Made by a program: the position numbers and the translations under genes
Shown here: positions 20,858 through 30,800 of the stretch, one piece after another
How positions within the stretch are numbered: position 1 is the stretch's first letter
Layout: the number at the start of each line of letters is the position of its first letter
Notes under the pieces: model-generated
What the model was told of the DNA's origin: nothing
What the model saw: the letters and a program-made list of their open reading frames with translations, nothing else
Database searches by the model: none
Source: an uncultured Verrucomicrobiae bacterium
Lineage (GTDB): Bacteria > Verrucomicrobiota > Verrucomicrobiia > Limisphaerales > JAFGQR01
Reading direction: 5' to 3'
DNA length: 57,727 nt
Assembly (NCBI GenBank): GCA_963788655.1
Contig: CAWBHS010000077.1
Location: 1-57,727, forward strand

Positions 20858-23773
20858 ATGACGAAAGTGACTCGTCTGACGCTGACGCTGGCTGCGGGGC
20901 TGTTCGCCGTGGCCTGCGCGGGGACTCCCTTGCCGCGTGAATTGGTTTCCGCTTCCTCCGTCCACCCGGGCGAATATCCCGCCGAATGCGCGTTTGACGG
21001 CAATCTCCAAACCCGTTGGGCCAGCCAGGCCGGCACGCAGCGACCGGAATGGTTGCAATTGGATTTTGGCAGGGTGATCGCCGTGGACCGGGTGACCGTC
21101 CGTTGGGAACGCGCCTTTGCCACCGAGTACGAGATCCGCGTTTCCAAGGATGGCAAGGCCTGGCAAATCGTCCTTCACAAAACCGATGGAAAGGGTGGGG
21201 TGGAGGCGCTCACCGGCTTGGCGGCGCAAGGCCGTTACTTCCGCATCGTGGGACTCAAAACCGGTCCGTTCGGTTTGTACTCGATCTGGGAAGTCGAATT
21301 TCCCGAAGCACACGTGGCGGCCTTGTTGCAGGAAAAGCGGCAGGCCATTGTCGAACAACAAAAGCAGCGTTGGCAGAAGGTCATTGCCGGCCTCGCGGCG
21401 CAGGGTGTGCAGGACATCGTCTTTGCGGTGCGCAAAATTGTGCCCGAGCACTGGTATGCGAATTTCGGCTACTACGCTTCCGACCGTGGCAAGTCCTATT
21501 TCGGCAACAGCAACACCCTGTATCGCGATGGCGGGCGTCTGTGCCGTCTCAATCTGGCCTCGGGCCAGGTGACGGTGTTGCTCGATGATCCGCAAGGGGG
21601 CGTGCGCGATCCGCAGGTTCACTACGACGCAAACAAGATCCTGTTCTCCTATCGCAAAGGTGGCACCGCGAATTATCACCTTTACGAGATCAATGCCGAC
21701 GGCACGGACTTGCGCCAATTGACGGACGGTCCTTATGACGATATCGAACCCAGCTACCTGCCGGATGGCGATATTGTGTTCGTGTCCAGCCGTTGCCAAC
21801 GCTGGGTGAACTGCTGGCTGACCCAGGTGGCGGTGTTGTATCGGTGCGACGCCGAAGGCCGGAACCTCCGGGCGCTTTCCAGTAACAACGAGCAGGACAA
21901 CACGCCGTGGCCTTTGCCCGACGGCCGCATGCTTTACACCCGCTGGGAATATGTGGATCGCAGCCAGGTGGATTACCATCATCTCTGGGTGGTCAATCCG
22001 GACGGCACCAGCCAGATGGTCTTCTATGGAAATCTCCATCCCAGCACCGTGATGATTGACGCCAAGCCCATTCCCGGTACGGACAAAATCGTGGCGAGCT
22101 TTTCACCGGGGCACGGCCAAACCGAACACGAAGGCGCCATAGCGATCGTCGATCCGCGCGCTGGACCGGATGATGCCAACTTCGCCCGGCGCATCAGTCA
22201 CGAACAGGACTTCCGTGATCCGTGGGCGTTCTCGGAAGATTGCATCATGGCGGCACGGCAACATGCCCTTGTGTTGATGGACAAGTCCGGCGTGGCGCAG
22301 GAGATCTTCCGCCTCAGCGCGGCGGACATTCAGGCCGGCTTGCAGTGCCATGAGCCGCGTCCGCTGGTCGCGCGTCCGCGGGAAAACATCATTGCTCCGC
22401 GGACGACGCTGGCCGAAGCCACCGGTCGCTTGATGCTCGCCAATGTCTATGATGGGCGCAACATGACCGGCGTCAAACGCGGTGAAATTAAGAAGCTGCT
22501 CGTCCTCGAAAGCCTGCCCAAACCGATCAATTACACCGGCGGGATGGACCCGCTGAGCTACGGCGGCACGTTCACACTCGAACGCATTCTGGGCACCGTT
22601 CCGGTCGAACCCGACGGTTCGGCGTATCTGGAAATTCCCGCGCTGCGCAGCGTGTTCTTTGTGGCGTTGGATCAGAATGATCTTTCGGTCAAGCGCATGC
22701 AAAGCTTCGTGACCGTGCAACCCGGCGAAGTCACCAGTTGCGTGGGCTGCCATGAACAGCGTTCCCGGACACCGGTCAATGCCTACGCCTTCAACACGGC
22801 CCGGGCCGCGCGCCGTGCGCCCAGCCGGATCGAACCGATTCGGGATTGTCCGGACTTGTTCGATTACCCGCGCGACATCCAGCCCATTCTCGATCAACTC
22901 TGCGCCGACTGCCACAGTTACGATCAGACGGCCAAAGGGGGGCCGTATGCCGGGCACGTGATCCTGAGCGGCGATCATGGACCGATGTTTTCGCACAGTT
23001 ATTTCACCATGACGGTGCATCGGTTGTTCTCGGATGGCCGCAACGAACCGCGCAGCAATTACGCCCCGCGCACGCTGGGTTCCTCCGCCAGTCGAATCTT
23101 GAAAATGCTCGACGGCTCGCACTACGGCGTCCAGGCGAGCGCGCACCAAAAGCGAATGTTGCGGTTGTGGATCGAGAGCAGCGCGGCGTATCCCGGCACT
23201 TACGCGGCGCTGGGCAGCGGCATGATTGGTGGCTACGCGCAAAACCAGCAAGTCCACACCGATTTTGACTGGCCGACTGCCCAAGCCGGCGCGGACGTCA
23301 TCGACCGCCGGTGCGCCAATTGTCACCAGGGCAACCGTGCCTTACCGCGCGCGATCTCTGATGAGATTGGGATTTCCTTTTGGCGGTTTGCCATGGACGA
23401 CCCGCGCCTGCAATTCAGCCGGCACATCCTGTTCAACTTGAGCGAGCCAGCGAAATCGCTGTTGCTGTTGGCACCCTTGGCTAAGGCAGGGGGCGGCTTT
23501 CAGGAATGTGTGGGGACCAATGCCAATCAACAAGTCTTTGCCAATTCCGCGGACCCCGACTACCAGAAACTGCTCGCGATGGTGGCCGCGGGAAGATCTT
23601 ATCTCGAGAAGATCAAACGGTTCGACATGCCGGACTTTACCCCCCGCATCGAATGGGTTCGCGAGATGCGCCGCTACGGTATTCTGTCAGCGAAGGCCTC
23701 CCCGACAACTCCGCTCGATGTCTATGCCACCGAAGAGCGCTATTGGGAGTCGCTGTGGTATCGTGCGAGGTAA
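20858..23773 (+). CDS. F5/8-type C (discoidin) + TolB-like propeller + HZS-alpha-middle-like domain protein with three c-heme motifs
   Basis: AFDGNLQTRWAS...WLQLDFG, propeller repeats (DPQVHYDA, QLTDGPYDDIEPSYLPDG), LGTVPVEPDGSA, and CVGCH, CADCH, CANCH. Confidence 0.8.
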   Translation: MTKVTRLTLTLAAGLFAVACAGTPLPRELVSASSVHPGEYPAECAFDGNLQTRWASQAGTQRPEWLQLDFGRVIAVDRVTVRWERAFATEYEIRVSKDGKAWQIVLHKTDGKGGVEALTGLAAQGRYFRIVGLKTGPFGLYSIWEVEFPEAHVAALLQEKRQAIVEQQKQRWQKVIAGLAAQGVQDIVFAVRKIVPEHWYANFGYYASDRGKSYFGNSNTLYRDGGRLCRLNLASGQVTVLLDDPQGGVRDPQVHYDANKILFSYRKGGTANYHLYEINADGTDLRQLTDGPYDDIEPSYLPDGDIVFVSSRCQRWVNCWLTQVAVLYRCDAEGRNLRALSSNNEQDNTPWPLPDGRMLYTRWEYVDRSQVDYHHLWVVNPDGTSQMVFYGNLHPSTVMIDAKPIPGTDKIVASFSPGHGQTEHEGAIAIVDPRAGPDDANFARRISHEQDFRDPWAFSEDCIMAARQHALVLMDKSGVAQEIFRLSAADIQAGLQCHEPRPLVARPRENIIAPRTTLAEATGRLMLANVYDGRNMTGVKRGEIKKLLVLESLPKPINYTGGMDPLSYGGTFTLERILGTVPVEPDGSAYLEIPALRSVFFVALDQNDLSVKRMQSFVTVQPGEVTSCVGCHEQRSRTPVNAYAFNTARAARRAPSRIEPIRDCPDLFDYPRDIQPILDQLCADCHSYDQTAKGGPYAGHVILSGDHGPMFSHSYFTMTVHRLFSDGRNEPRSNYAPRTLGSSASRILKMLDGSHYGVQASAHQKRMLRLWIESSAAYPGTYAALGSGMIGGYAQNQQVHTDFDWPTAQAGADVIDRRCANCHQGNRALPRAISDEIGISFWRFAMDDPRLQFSRHILFNLSEPAKSLLLLAPLAKAGGGFQECVGTNANQQVFANSADPDYQKLLAMVAAGRSYLEKIKRFDMPDFTPRIEWVREMRRYGILSAKASPTTPLDVYATEERYWESLWYRAR

Positions 23774-23780
23774 GAGGGCT

Positions 23781-23813
23781 GGATGCCGGATGCCGGATGC
23801 TTGATGCTGGATG
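23781..23813 (+). repeat. Heptamer tandem repeat (GGATGCC)n, ~4.7 copies
   Basis: GGATGCC GGATGCC GGATGCT TGATGCT GGATG. Confidence 0.8.
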
Positions 23814-23929
23814 GGAGTCGATTCCAAGAATTCGGCGCGGATGCCTCCCAGTCCCGGCGCGGCACAGGATTGCCTTTGCTCGGGTAGGTGATGGATTTGA
23901 CCTGAGGGCGGAGGCGAAGTCACAACGCG

Positions 23930-24070
23930 AGGACCAAACGTCCGAAACCCGATTTCCGAATGCAGCTCGCGTTTCGACTCAACGCCAGGCAAACCTCCTT
24001 GGGCCCGGAGCGCTTCGGATTTCGGTTTTTGTGCTTCTTTCAATCCTCGGCTTTCGAGTTTCGGTCTTGG
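23930..24070. repeat. Degenerate 7-bp-periodic element with forward and reverse halves
   Basis: CCGAAAC/CCGATTT/CCGAATG units followed by complementary TTCGGAT/TTCGGTT/TTCGAGT units. Confidence 0.55.
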
Positions 24071-24194
24071 ATCCGTCTTATTCGCTTGACTGCTATTGTA
24101 AATTAGTAGATTAAAAGCGGCGCCTGCGAATGGCCGATCCTGAACCGATGCCGGCATGCCAGGATTTGTCCGCCACTTCGAGGCCGAACCAACG

Positions 24195-25607
24195 ATGAGT
24201 CACAGAAATTTGTCCTCCGCTCCCGTGCCGGTTTCCTGGACCAAGGAAATGACCGGCTACCATTGGTTCGTGCTGGTGGTGGCGGCGTTAGGGTGGATGT
24301 TTGACTGCCTGGACCAACAGCTTTTCAACATCGCGCGTGTGCCAGCCATGCGGGAATTATTAGGCACCCAGGATCCAGGACTGATCACGCAATATGGCGG
24401 CTATGTCACGGCCATATTCCTCATGGGATGGGGGGGCGGTGGGTTGATCTTCGGAGTGCTGGGCGATCGTTGGGGCCGGGCCAAAACCATGCTCGTCACC
24501 ATCCTCATGTACTCGTTTTGCACGGGACTGAGCGCGTTTGCAGTCGGCTTTTGGGATTTTGCCGCGTACCGCTTTTTGACCGGTTTGGGGGTGGGGGGAG
24601 AATGGGCGGTGGGTGTGGCGTTGCTGGCGGAAGTGATGCCGGACCGCGCGCGGCCTTATGCGCTGGGTCTGCTTCAGGCGCTATCCACGGTGGGCAATGT
24701 GACGGCGGCGGTCATCAGCATGAGCTTGGGCCTGTTGGAAGAGGGCGGTCATCTCGGTCATCTGGATGCGTGGCGGCTCATGTTCTTTGTGGGGGCCATT
24801 CCGGCGTTGCTGGCGGTCTTCATCCGTCGGCGCCTCAAGGAACCAGCCCGCTGGCAGGCGGCGGCGCAACGCGGCGATCGCGCGCTGGGCTCTTACACTG
24901 AACTGTTCAGCCATCCGCGCTGGCGCAAGAACGCACTGATCGGCTTGCTGCTGGCCATTTCCGGCGTGGTGGGATTGTGGGGGATCCTCTTCTTCAGCAT
25001 CGATCTGATCCGTACCATTCTGCGCCGCACGTTCGAAGCGCAAGGTTTGGCGCCCGCCGTGGTCGCGGGCAAGCTCAATCTGTGGGCCGGCATTGCCTCG
25101 ATCATGATCAATGTAGGCGCATTTGCCGGCATGACGGTCTTCAGCCGCGTGACGCAACGCATTGGCCGGCGACCGGCCTTCGCCCTGGCCTTCATTCTGG
25201 CACTGGTCAGCACCGCGTTCGGTTTTCGGTTCCTAGAGAGTTTTTCAGATATTTTTTGGATGGTACCGATCATGAGCTTTTGTCAGTTTGGTTTGTTTGC
25301 CGGCTACGCCATCTATTTTCCCGAACTGTTTCCCACCCGGCTGCGCAGCACCGGCGTTTCATTTTGTTATAACGTGGGACGGTTTGTGGCAGCGCTAGGC
25401 CCATTGACCTTGGGCGTGCTGACGAATCAGGTTTTCAAGGACTATCCCGAACCAATGCGGTATGCCGGGCTGACGCTCTGTGCCGTGTTTTTGGTTGGGC
25501 TCGCCGCCCTGCCGTTCGCCCCGGAAACGCTCAAACAGGGTTTGCCCGAAGACGACGATGAACCGCTCTATTCGACGGCGCCAGCGGGGGAAGTCGGTCC
25601 ACACTGA
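24195..25607 (+). CDS. MFS transporter
   Basis: About 12 TM helices, motif A GVLGDRWGRAK, RFLTGLGVGGEW and PELFPTRLRSTG. Confidence 0.93.
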   Translation: MSHRNLSSAPVPVSWTKEMTGYHWFVLVVAALGWMFDCLDQQLFNIARVPAMRELLGTQDPGLITQYGGYVTAIFLMGWGGGGLIFGVLGDRWGRAKTMLVTILMYSFCTGLSAFAVGFWDFAAYRFLTGLGVGGEWAVGVALLAEVMPDRARPYALGLLQALSTVGNVTAAVISMSLGLLEEGGHLGHLDAWRLMFFVGAIPALLAVFIRRRLKEPARWQAAAQRGDRALGSYTELFSHPRWRKNALIGLLLAISGVVGLWGILFFSIDLIRTILRRTFEAQGLAPAVVAGKLNLWAGIASIMINVGAFAGMTVFSRVTQRIGRRPAFALAFILALVSTAFGFRFLESFSDIFWMVPIMSFCQFGLFAGYAIYFPELFPTRLRSTGVSFCYNVGRFVAALGPLTLGVLTNQVFKDYPEPMRYAGLTLCAVFLVGLAALPFAPETLKQGLPEDDDEPLYSTAPAGEVGPH

Positions 25608-25613
25608 GGTGGC

Positions 25614-25955
25614 GTGCTGCCGGCAGCTTGCCGGGAGGTCGAACGGGAAATGCGCTCGGTACCCAGAGTGAAGATCGAGCGCACCCTGACCTGAAGGGCT
25701 GGCGCCGTCCGGACTTTCTTGAAATGCCAACTGGCCAGTATCGACTGAACTTCGCGCCGCGTTTGGTGCGCCCGTCTTGCTCCCGCTTTCGGTGGTCAGA
25801 TCGGGCACGACGAACGAAGCAGCGCCGCCGGTAGTTTGGTATCCACTTTCCAACCGAAAGCGCCGGCAAGCCGGGCGCACTCCAAACGCTGGCGCGTGGG
25901 ACGGCAGCCCTTTCACTTTCCGTCAGATTAACGTGCTGCCGGCTCCTGCCGGCAG
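25614..25955. repeat. Two copies (25614-25637, 25933-25955) of the GTGCTGCCGGCATCCTGCCGGCAG palindrome family
   Basis: Match to copies at 34294-34317, 34381-34404 (inverted) and 34418-34439. Confidence 0.75.
25753..25896. repeat. Long inverted-repeat (REP/MITE-like) element
   Basis: Left arm 25753-25793 pairs with right arm 25853-25896 (ACCGAAAGCGCCGGCAAGCCGGGCGCACTCCAAACGCTGGCGCG). Confidence 0.75.
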
Positions 25956-26131
25956 CTTGGAACGGCGCGTTCGAATAATGCCCCAGCCCCAATGCCCAGT
26001 GACGAGCCCACCAGCAGTTGATGTCCAAAGTTTGACTTAGGTCTTGGGCTTCGGGCCTTCTCTGGTCATTGGTCATTACTGATGAGAGCTTGGGATGGAC
26101 GACGCATGGTGACATTCAATCGGCTGGTTCT

Positions 26132-26263
26132 CCCTCACCCTAACCCTCTCCCCAAGGAGAGGGAACAGGTGGAGGTGCCGCTACGGAAACCAAGGGACAT
26201 CGTGTTTTCAGAAGACCGGTCATCGATTCTCCCTCTCCCGGGGGGAGAAGGCCGGGGTGAGGG
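26132..26263. repeat. CCCTCACCC...CCCTCTCCC / GGGAGA...GGGGTGAGGG REP doublet
   Basis: Two inverted GC-rich palindromic units about 70 nt apart. Confidence 0.8.
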
Positions 26264-26450
26264 GAAACAAAACCATCGGTTAATCCAAAGTGTATTCCAT
26301 CCAGTCGACTGCGCAGTAAGCAAGGGCGCGTCCCCGAGTCATCAAGCCCCCCCGTTCTATCGTCTGCCGGCGGGAGGCCGACTCCACGCTATCTGTAATC
26401 GTGTTGGCTTTGGCTTGCTCTGGCGAACTGTTTTTATAAGAGTAGGCCGC

Positions 26451-27404
26451 ATGAGAGCACGATGGCATCCATGGCGACGCAAGGCCCGGTGGGGGTGCGG
26501 TTTTCTGGTGATGGCCCTCCTCGGCAGCGGCTGCTCGATCAAGCGGATGGCGGTCAACAAGCTGGGCAACATGCTGGCGAGCAGCGGCAGCACGTTTGCC
26601 GAGGACGATGATCCGGAGTTGATCCGCCGGGCCACGCCGTTCAGTTTGAAGTTGATGGAAAGTCTGCTGGCCGAGAGCCCGCGCCACGAGGGATTGTTGC
26701 TGGCCACGGCCGAAGGCTTCACCCAATATTCCTTTGCCTTTGTCCAGGAAGATGGCGATGAGCTTCAGGATCAGAATTACGCGGCGGCCGAACGGCTTTG
26801 GTCGGAAGCCCGGAAGTTGTATCTGCGCGCCCGGAATTACGGGCTACGAGGATTGGACGTGAAATATCCTGGGTTCAGTGCAGCGTTGCGCGAAGATCCG
26901 GAATCGACCGTGCAGCGGGCGCAGCAGCGCGACGTGCCGTTGCTGTATTGGACCGGGGCAGCGTGGGCCGCCACCATCTCGATTTCCAAGGACCAGCCGG
27001 AGTTGATTGCCGATCAGAACATCGTGGGTGCGCTCATGAAGCGGGCGCTGGAACTGGACGGAGATTATGACCGCGGCGCCATTCACACGTTCATGATTTC
27101 CTACGAAATGGCGCAGCCGGGAAGGGAAATTCCGGCGGTGGCGAAAGCCCGGCAGCATTTTGAGCAGGCACTGGCGTTGTCCGGCGGAATGCTCGCCAGT
27201 CCGCTGGTATCGTACGCCGAAGCGGTGTGCGTGCCGCAACAAAACAAGACGGAGTTTGAATCGCTCTTGCAACGGGCGCTGGCCATTGATCCGGACGCAC
27301 AGCCCCAGAACCGGCTGGCCAATCTGATCATGCAACGGCGGGCGCGCTGGTTGCTTGCCCGCACCGACGACTTGTTTTTTCCGACGCAGCCTGGATCGAA
27401 ATAG
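26451..27404 (+). CDS. TRAP-associated TPR lipoprotein (TatT component of TPAT transporter)
   Basis: Lipobox LLGSGC, EDDDPELI...PFSLKLMESLL, helical TPR-like body; first gene of a TRAP operon. Confidence 0.85.
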   Translation: MRARWHPWRRKARWGCGFLVMALLGSGCSIKRMAVNKLGNMLASSGSTFAEDDDPELIRRATPFSLKLMESLLAESPRHEGLLLATAEGFTQYSFAFVQEDGDELQDQNYAAAERLWSEARKLYLRARNYGLRGLDVKYPGFSAALREDPESTVQRAQQRDVPLLYWTGAAWAATISISKDQPELIADQNIVGALMKRALELDGDYDRGAIHTFMISYEMAQPGREIPAVAKARQHFEQALALSGGMLASPLVSYAEAVCVPQQNKTEFESLLQRALAIDPDAQPQNRLANLIMQRRARWLLARTDDLFFPTQPGSK

Positions 27405-27592
27405 CTTAGGATGAACGACTGTTGGTGAAAGAAAAAGGGCACAACGAAATGAGCGGCAAGGTACGCTGGTAACGGGCCGGCAAGGGCCACGGCTCGGACC
27501 AGTCCCGCCCTGGGCTCGGTGATAGATTCGGAACCTTGAGTTCCTGGTCGCTTTGATATGTTATGAACCAACAAAGAACGCAAAGTTGCTTT

Positions 27593-28633
27593 ATGAAAGA
27601 TACCAAACCGAGATGGACGAAAACGGTTGCCCAACGCTTTGGGGTGGCGATGATCATGGGCTTGGCGCTGGTCCAGGTAACCGCGGCCACCCTGACCCTG
27701 GGCACGCTGGTTCCCGAGGGAACCACCTACTACAAGACGTTGATGAAGATGCGCGAGCAGTGGCGCCAAGCCCCGAACGGCGGGGTGCGGTTGCGCGTCT
27801 TTGCGGGGGGCAAAATTGGCGGCGAAGCCAAAATGGTCGGCCAGATGCGCCTGGGCGCGTTGGATGCCGGATTGATGACGGCGGTGGGCCTGAGCCAGAT
27901 TGAACCGGCGGTCGCCGGCTTACAGTACATGCCGATGCTGTTCCGCTCGCTGGAGGAAATGGATTATGTGGGCCGCAAGCTCCAACCAATGCTCGAGCAA
28001 CGCATCGAAGCCAAGGGATTCGTGGTGCTCTTTTGGTCGGATGCCGGCTGGATCCGTTACTTCTCCAAACAGCCCATGCTGACCCCGGATGATTTGCGCA
28101 AGATGAAATTGTTCGTGTGGGCGGGCGACGCCAAAACGGTCGATTTGTGGAAGTCGGCGGGCTTCAATCCCGTCCCCTTGGAAACCGCCGACATTGTGCC
28201 CATGCTCGATACGGGGCTCATCAACGTGGTGCCGATGCCGCCGATTGCCGCCCTGGCCAGCCAAGTGTACGATCGGGCCCCGAACATGCTCGACTTGAAT
28301 TGGGCGCCCCTGGTCGGTGCGCTGGTGATTCGCAAAGCCTCCTGGGACCGCCTGCCCGCAGCCACGCGCGCGGTCATGCTCAAAGCCGCTGAAGCCGCCG
28401 GTCAAGAGGATAAAATCCATGGCCGCGAGGAAAGTCAACGGGCGGTCGAGGCCATGGTTGCCAAGGGTTTGAAAGTGCATCCGGTGCCCCCCGAATTGGA
28501 GGCGAAATGGCGGGAGGCGGCGGAAAAGTTTTACCCGGAAATCAAAGGTTCGATTGTGCCCACCGACATCTTCGACGAAGTGCAGCGTTTGTTGAAAGAG
28601 TACCGTAGTAAGACCGATTCCACCAAACCATGA
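27593..28633 (+). CDS. dctP: TRAP substrate-binding protein (DctP/TatP type)
   Basis: Signal peptide, LGTLVPEGT, GGKIGGEAKMVGQMRLGALDAG and PDDLRKMKL. Confidence 0.9.
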   Translation: MKDTKPRWTKTVAQRFGVAMIMGLALVQVTAATLTLGTLVPEGTTYYKTLMKMREQWRQAPNGGVRLRVFAGGKIGGEAKMVGQMRLGALDAGLMTAVGLSQIEPAVAGLQYMPMLFRSLEEMDYVGRKLQPMLEQRIEAKGFVVLFWSDAGWIRYFSKQPMLTPDDLRKMKLFVWAGDAKTVDLWKSAGFNPVPLETADIVPMLDTGLINVVPMPPIAALASQVYDRAPNMLDLNWAPLVGALVIRKASWDRLPAATRAVMLKAAEAAGQEDKIHGREESQRAVEAMVAKGLKVHPVPPELEAKWREAAEKFYPEIKGSIVPTDIFDEVQRLLKEYRSKTDSTKP

Positions 28634-30525
28634 CCCCCAGCGTACCGGGTTCATCACCAATTCCGCCGGCGTCCCGGCAACCCGGCTGGTTGCGGTTTCT
28701 CAAAGGGAGTGAGAACAGTATCGTGGCGCTGGCGCTGGGGCTGATGGTGGTTCTGCCATTGGCCGACATCTTCCTGCGCAAGTTTTTCCGCGGCAGCATT
28801 TCCGGATCGATCCAGTTCGTCCAGAATCTGACGCTCACGGTGAGCATGCTCGGCGGGGCCATTGCCGCGCGCGAGGGACGGTTGTTGACCTTGTCGCCGC
28901 TGGTTAATGTGCTGCGAGGTGGGTGGAAGGCGGCTGCGCTCATTTTCAGCAACGCAATGGCTACGGCGATTTGTGCCCTGTTGTGCGCGGCCGGCGTGGT
29001 CTTTGTCCGCAGCCAAATGGAGACGGGGGAAATCGCCTACGGCGTTCAGCGGTGGTGGTTCGAACTGCTGTTGCCCGTCGGGTTTGGAGCAGTAGCGCTA
29101 CGCCTGGCCTGGCATTCCTCGAAGCATTGGTGGGGGCGTGGGCTGACGCTGCTGATTGCCGGCGGATTCTTTTGGTTCGGTATGAAATCTCCGGTGGATC
29201 CGGCACATCTGGTTTGGCCAGGACTGGCGACGCTTGCCGTGGCGACGGCGTTGGGCGCCCCCATTTTTACGACCCTCGGCGGGGCCGCGATGATCTTGCT
29301 CTGGGGGGAAGGTCGGCCGGTGCCGGTCATGTTGCTGGATCAATACGACTTGGTGACGAATCCCATCCTGCCCAGCCTTCCGCTGTTTACCTTGGCCGGA
29401 TACTTTCTAGCCGAAGGCGGGGCGTCCCGGCGATTGGTGCGGGTGTTTCAGACCCTGGTGGGACGATGGCGCGGTGGTACCGCGATGGTAACGGCGTTGA
29501 TTTGCGCGTTCTTCACTTCGTTTACCGGTGCCTCCGGGGTGACCATTTTGGCGTTGGGCGGCTTGTTGATGCCGGTGTTGATCGCGGCCAAGTATTCGGA
29601 GCGCAATGCGCTGGGCTTGTTTACCAGTGCCGGATCGCTCGGACTGTTGTTTCCTCCGTCCCTGCCGCTGATCCTCTATGCAATCATTGCGCAAAACACC
29701 ATTATCCACTTGGAACTTCCCCCCGACGCCGTGGCGCGGGAGATTTCAATCAACACGTTGTTTTTGGCCGGCTTTTTACCTGGCATGTTGCAAGTGGCGT
29801 TGACGTTTGGCTGGGGCGTCAAGGTCGGGGCACGGGAGCCGAGCGTGGAGAAGTTCAACGCTCGGGACGCGTGGCAGGCGATTTGGGAAGCGAAATGGGA
29901 ATTGCTGCTGCCGGTGATGGTCATGGCCGCGTTGTTCAGCGGACTGGCTACGCCGGTGGAAGCTGCCGCCTTGACCGCGTTGTACGCCTTTATCGTGCAG
30001 ACCTTCGTGTATCGGGATCTGAAGATCATTAAAGACGTGCCGCGCGTCATGACTGAGTGCGGTTTGTTGATCGGCGGCGTGCTGCTGATTCTTGGGGTGG
30101 CCATGGGACTGACGGGGTATTTGATTTTTGCGGACGTGCCGAGCATCGCGGTGGAATGGATTCAACAGACCATTCATTCGAAGATCGCCTTTCTGCTCCT
30201 GCTCAACGTGATGTTGTTGGTGGTGGGTTGCTTGATGGATATATTTTCGGCCATCGTGGTGATTGTGCCTTTGATCGTGCCCATGGCGGTGGCCTTTGGG
30301 ATTGATCCGGTTCATTTAGGGGTCATCTTCCTGGCCAACATGGAATTGGGGTATCTCACTCCGCCGGTCGGGATGAACCTGTTTATGGCGTCCTATCGAT
30401 TCGGCAAACCGGTTTCCGAAATCAGCCGCGCGGTGATCCCGCTGTTGCTGGTGCGTCTCGGGGGCGTGCTGGTGATCACGTATGTCCCGTGGCTGTCAAC
30501 AGTCCTGCCCGCGATGTTTCAGTAG
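28630..30525 (+). CDS. dctM: Fused TRAP small+large permease (DctQ-DctM)
   Basis: ATGA overlap with dctP. N-terminal 4-TM DctQ part, then FTGASGVTILALG, GSLGLLFPPS, GIDPVHLGV and LTPPVGMNLF. Confidence 0.92.
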   Translation: MTPSVPGSSPIPPASRQPGWLRFLKGSENSIVALALGLMVVLPLADIFLRKFFRGSISGSIQFVQNLTLTVSMLGGAIAAREGRLLTLSPLVNVLRGGWKAAALIFSNAMATAICALLCAAGVVFVRSQMETGEIAYGVQRWWFELLLPVGFGAVALRLAWHSSKHWWGRGLTLLIAGGFFWFGMKSPVDPAHLVWPGLATLAVATALGAPIFTTLGGAAMILLWGEGRPVPVMLLDQYDLVTNPILPSLPLFTLAGYFLAEGGASRRLVRVFQTLVGRWRGGTAMVTALICAFFTSFTGASGVTILALGGLLMPVLIAAKYSERNALGLFTSAGSLGLLFPPSLPLILYAIIAQNTIIHLELPPDAVAREISINTLFLAGFLPGMLQVALTFGWGVKVGAREPSVEKFNARDAWQAIWEAKWELLLPVMVMAALFSGLATPVEAAALTALYAFIVQTFVYRDLKIIKDVPRVMTECGLLIGGVLLILGVAMGLTGYLIFADVPSIAVEWIQQTIHSKIAFLLLLNVMLLVVGCLMDIFSAIVVIVPLIVPMAVAFGIDPVHLGVIFLANMELGYLTPPVGMNLFMASYRFGKPVSEISRAVIPLLLVRLGGVLVITYVPWLSTVLPAMFQ

Positions 30526-30558
30526 GTAATGCGGAGAAAACGACGGGTGGATTCCGGC

Positions 30559-30597
30559 AAAAAAATCAGCCGCGGACAAACCTCTCCGCGGCTGATT
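30559..30597 (-). terminator. Intrinsic terminator, U-tract on minus strand (possibly bidirectional)
   Basis: 13-bp perfect stem 30564-30576 / 30585-30597. A7 run at 30559-30565 reads U7 on the minus strand. Confidence 0.8.
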
Positions 30598-30800
30598 AAC
30601 CCGCCCCCCAAACGACTATCCCTGGCACCCTGATGGGACCCTTGAAGTTGCTAACCTCAAGTGCATCTGATCCCAATCTAACAAAATCCGTGCGGACTGT
30701 CCGCTCGCCAACCCAATTCACCGAACCACCGATTTAGACAGCCGGCACCCGCACCACTTAAATTAGAGCGACCTATCGCCGGCGATTGCACTGGGTCTCA
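30559..30800 (-). ncRNA. Candidate ~240-nt structured small RNA
   Basis: No sizeable ORF. Minus-strand terminator, nested stems whose mismatches become G-U only on the minus strand, and an AT-rich promoter-like region at 30803-30880. Confidence 0.5.
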
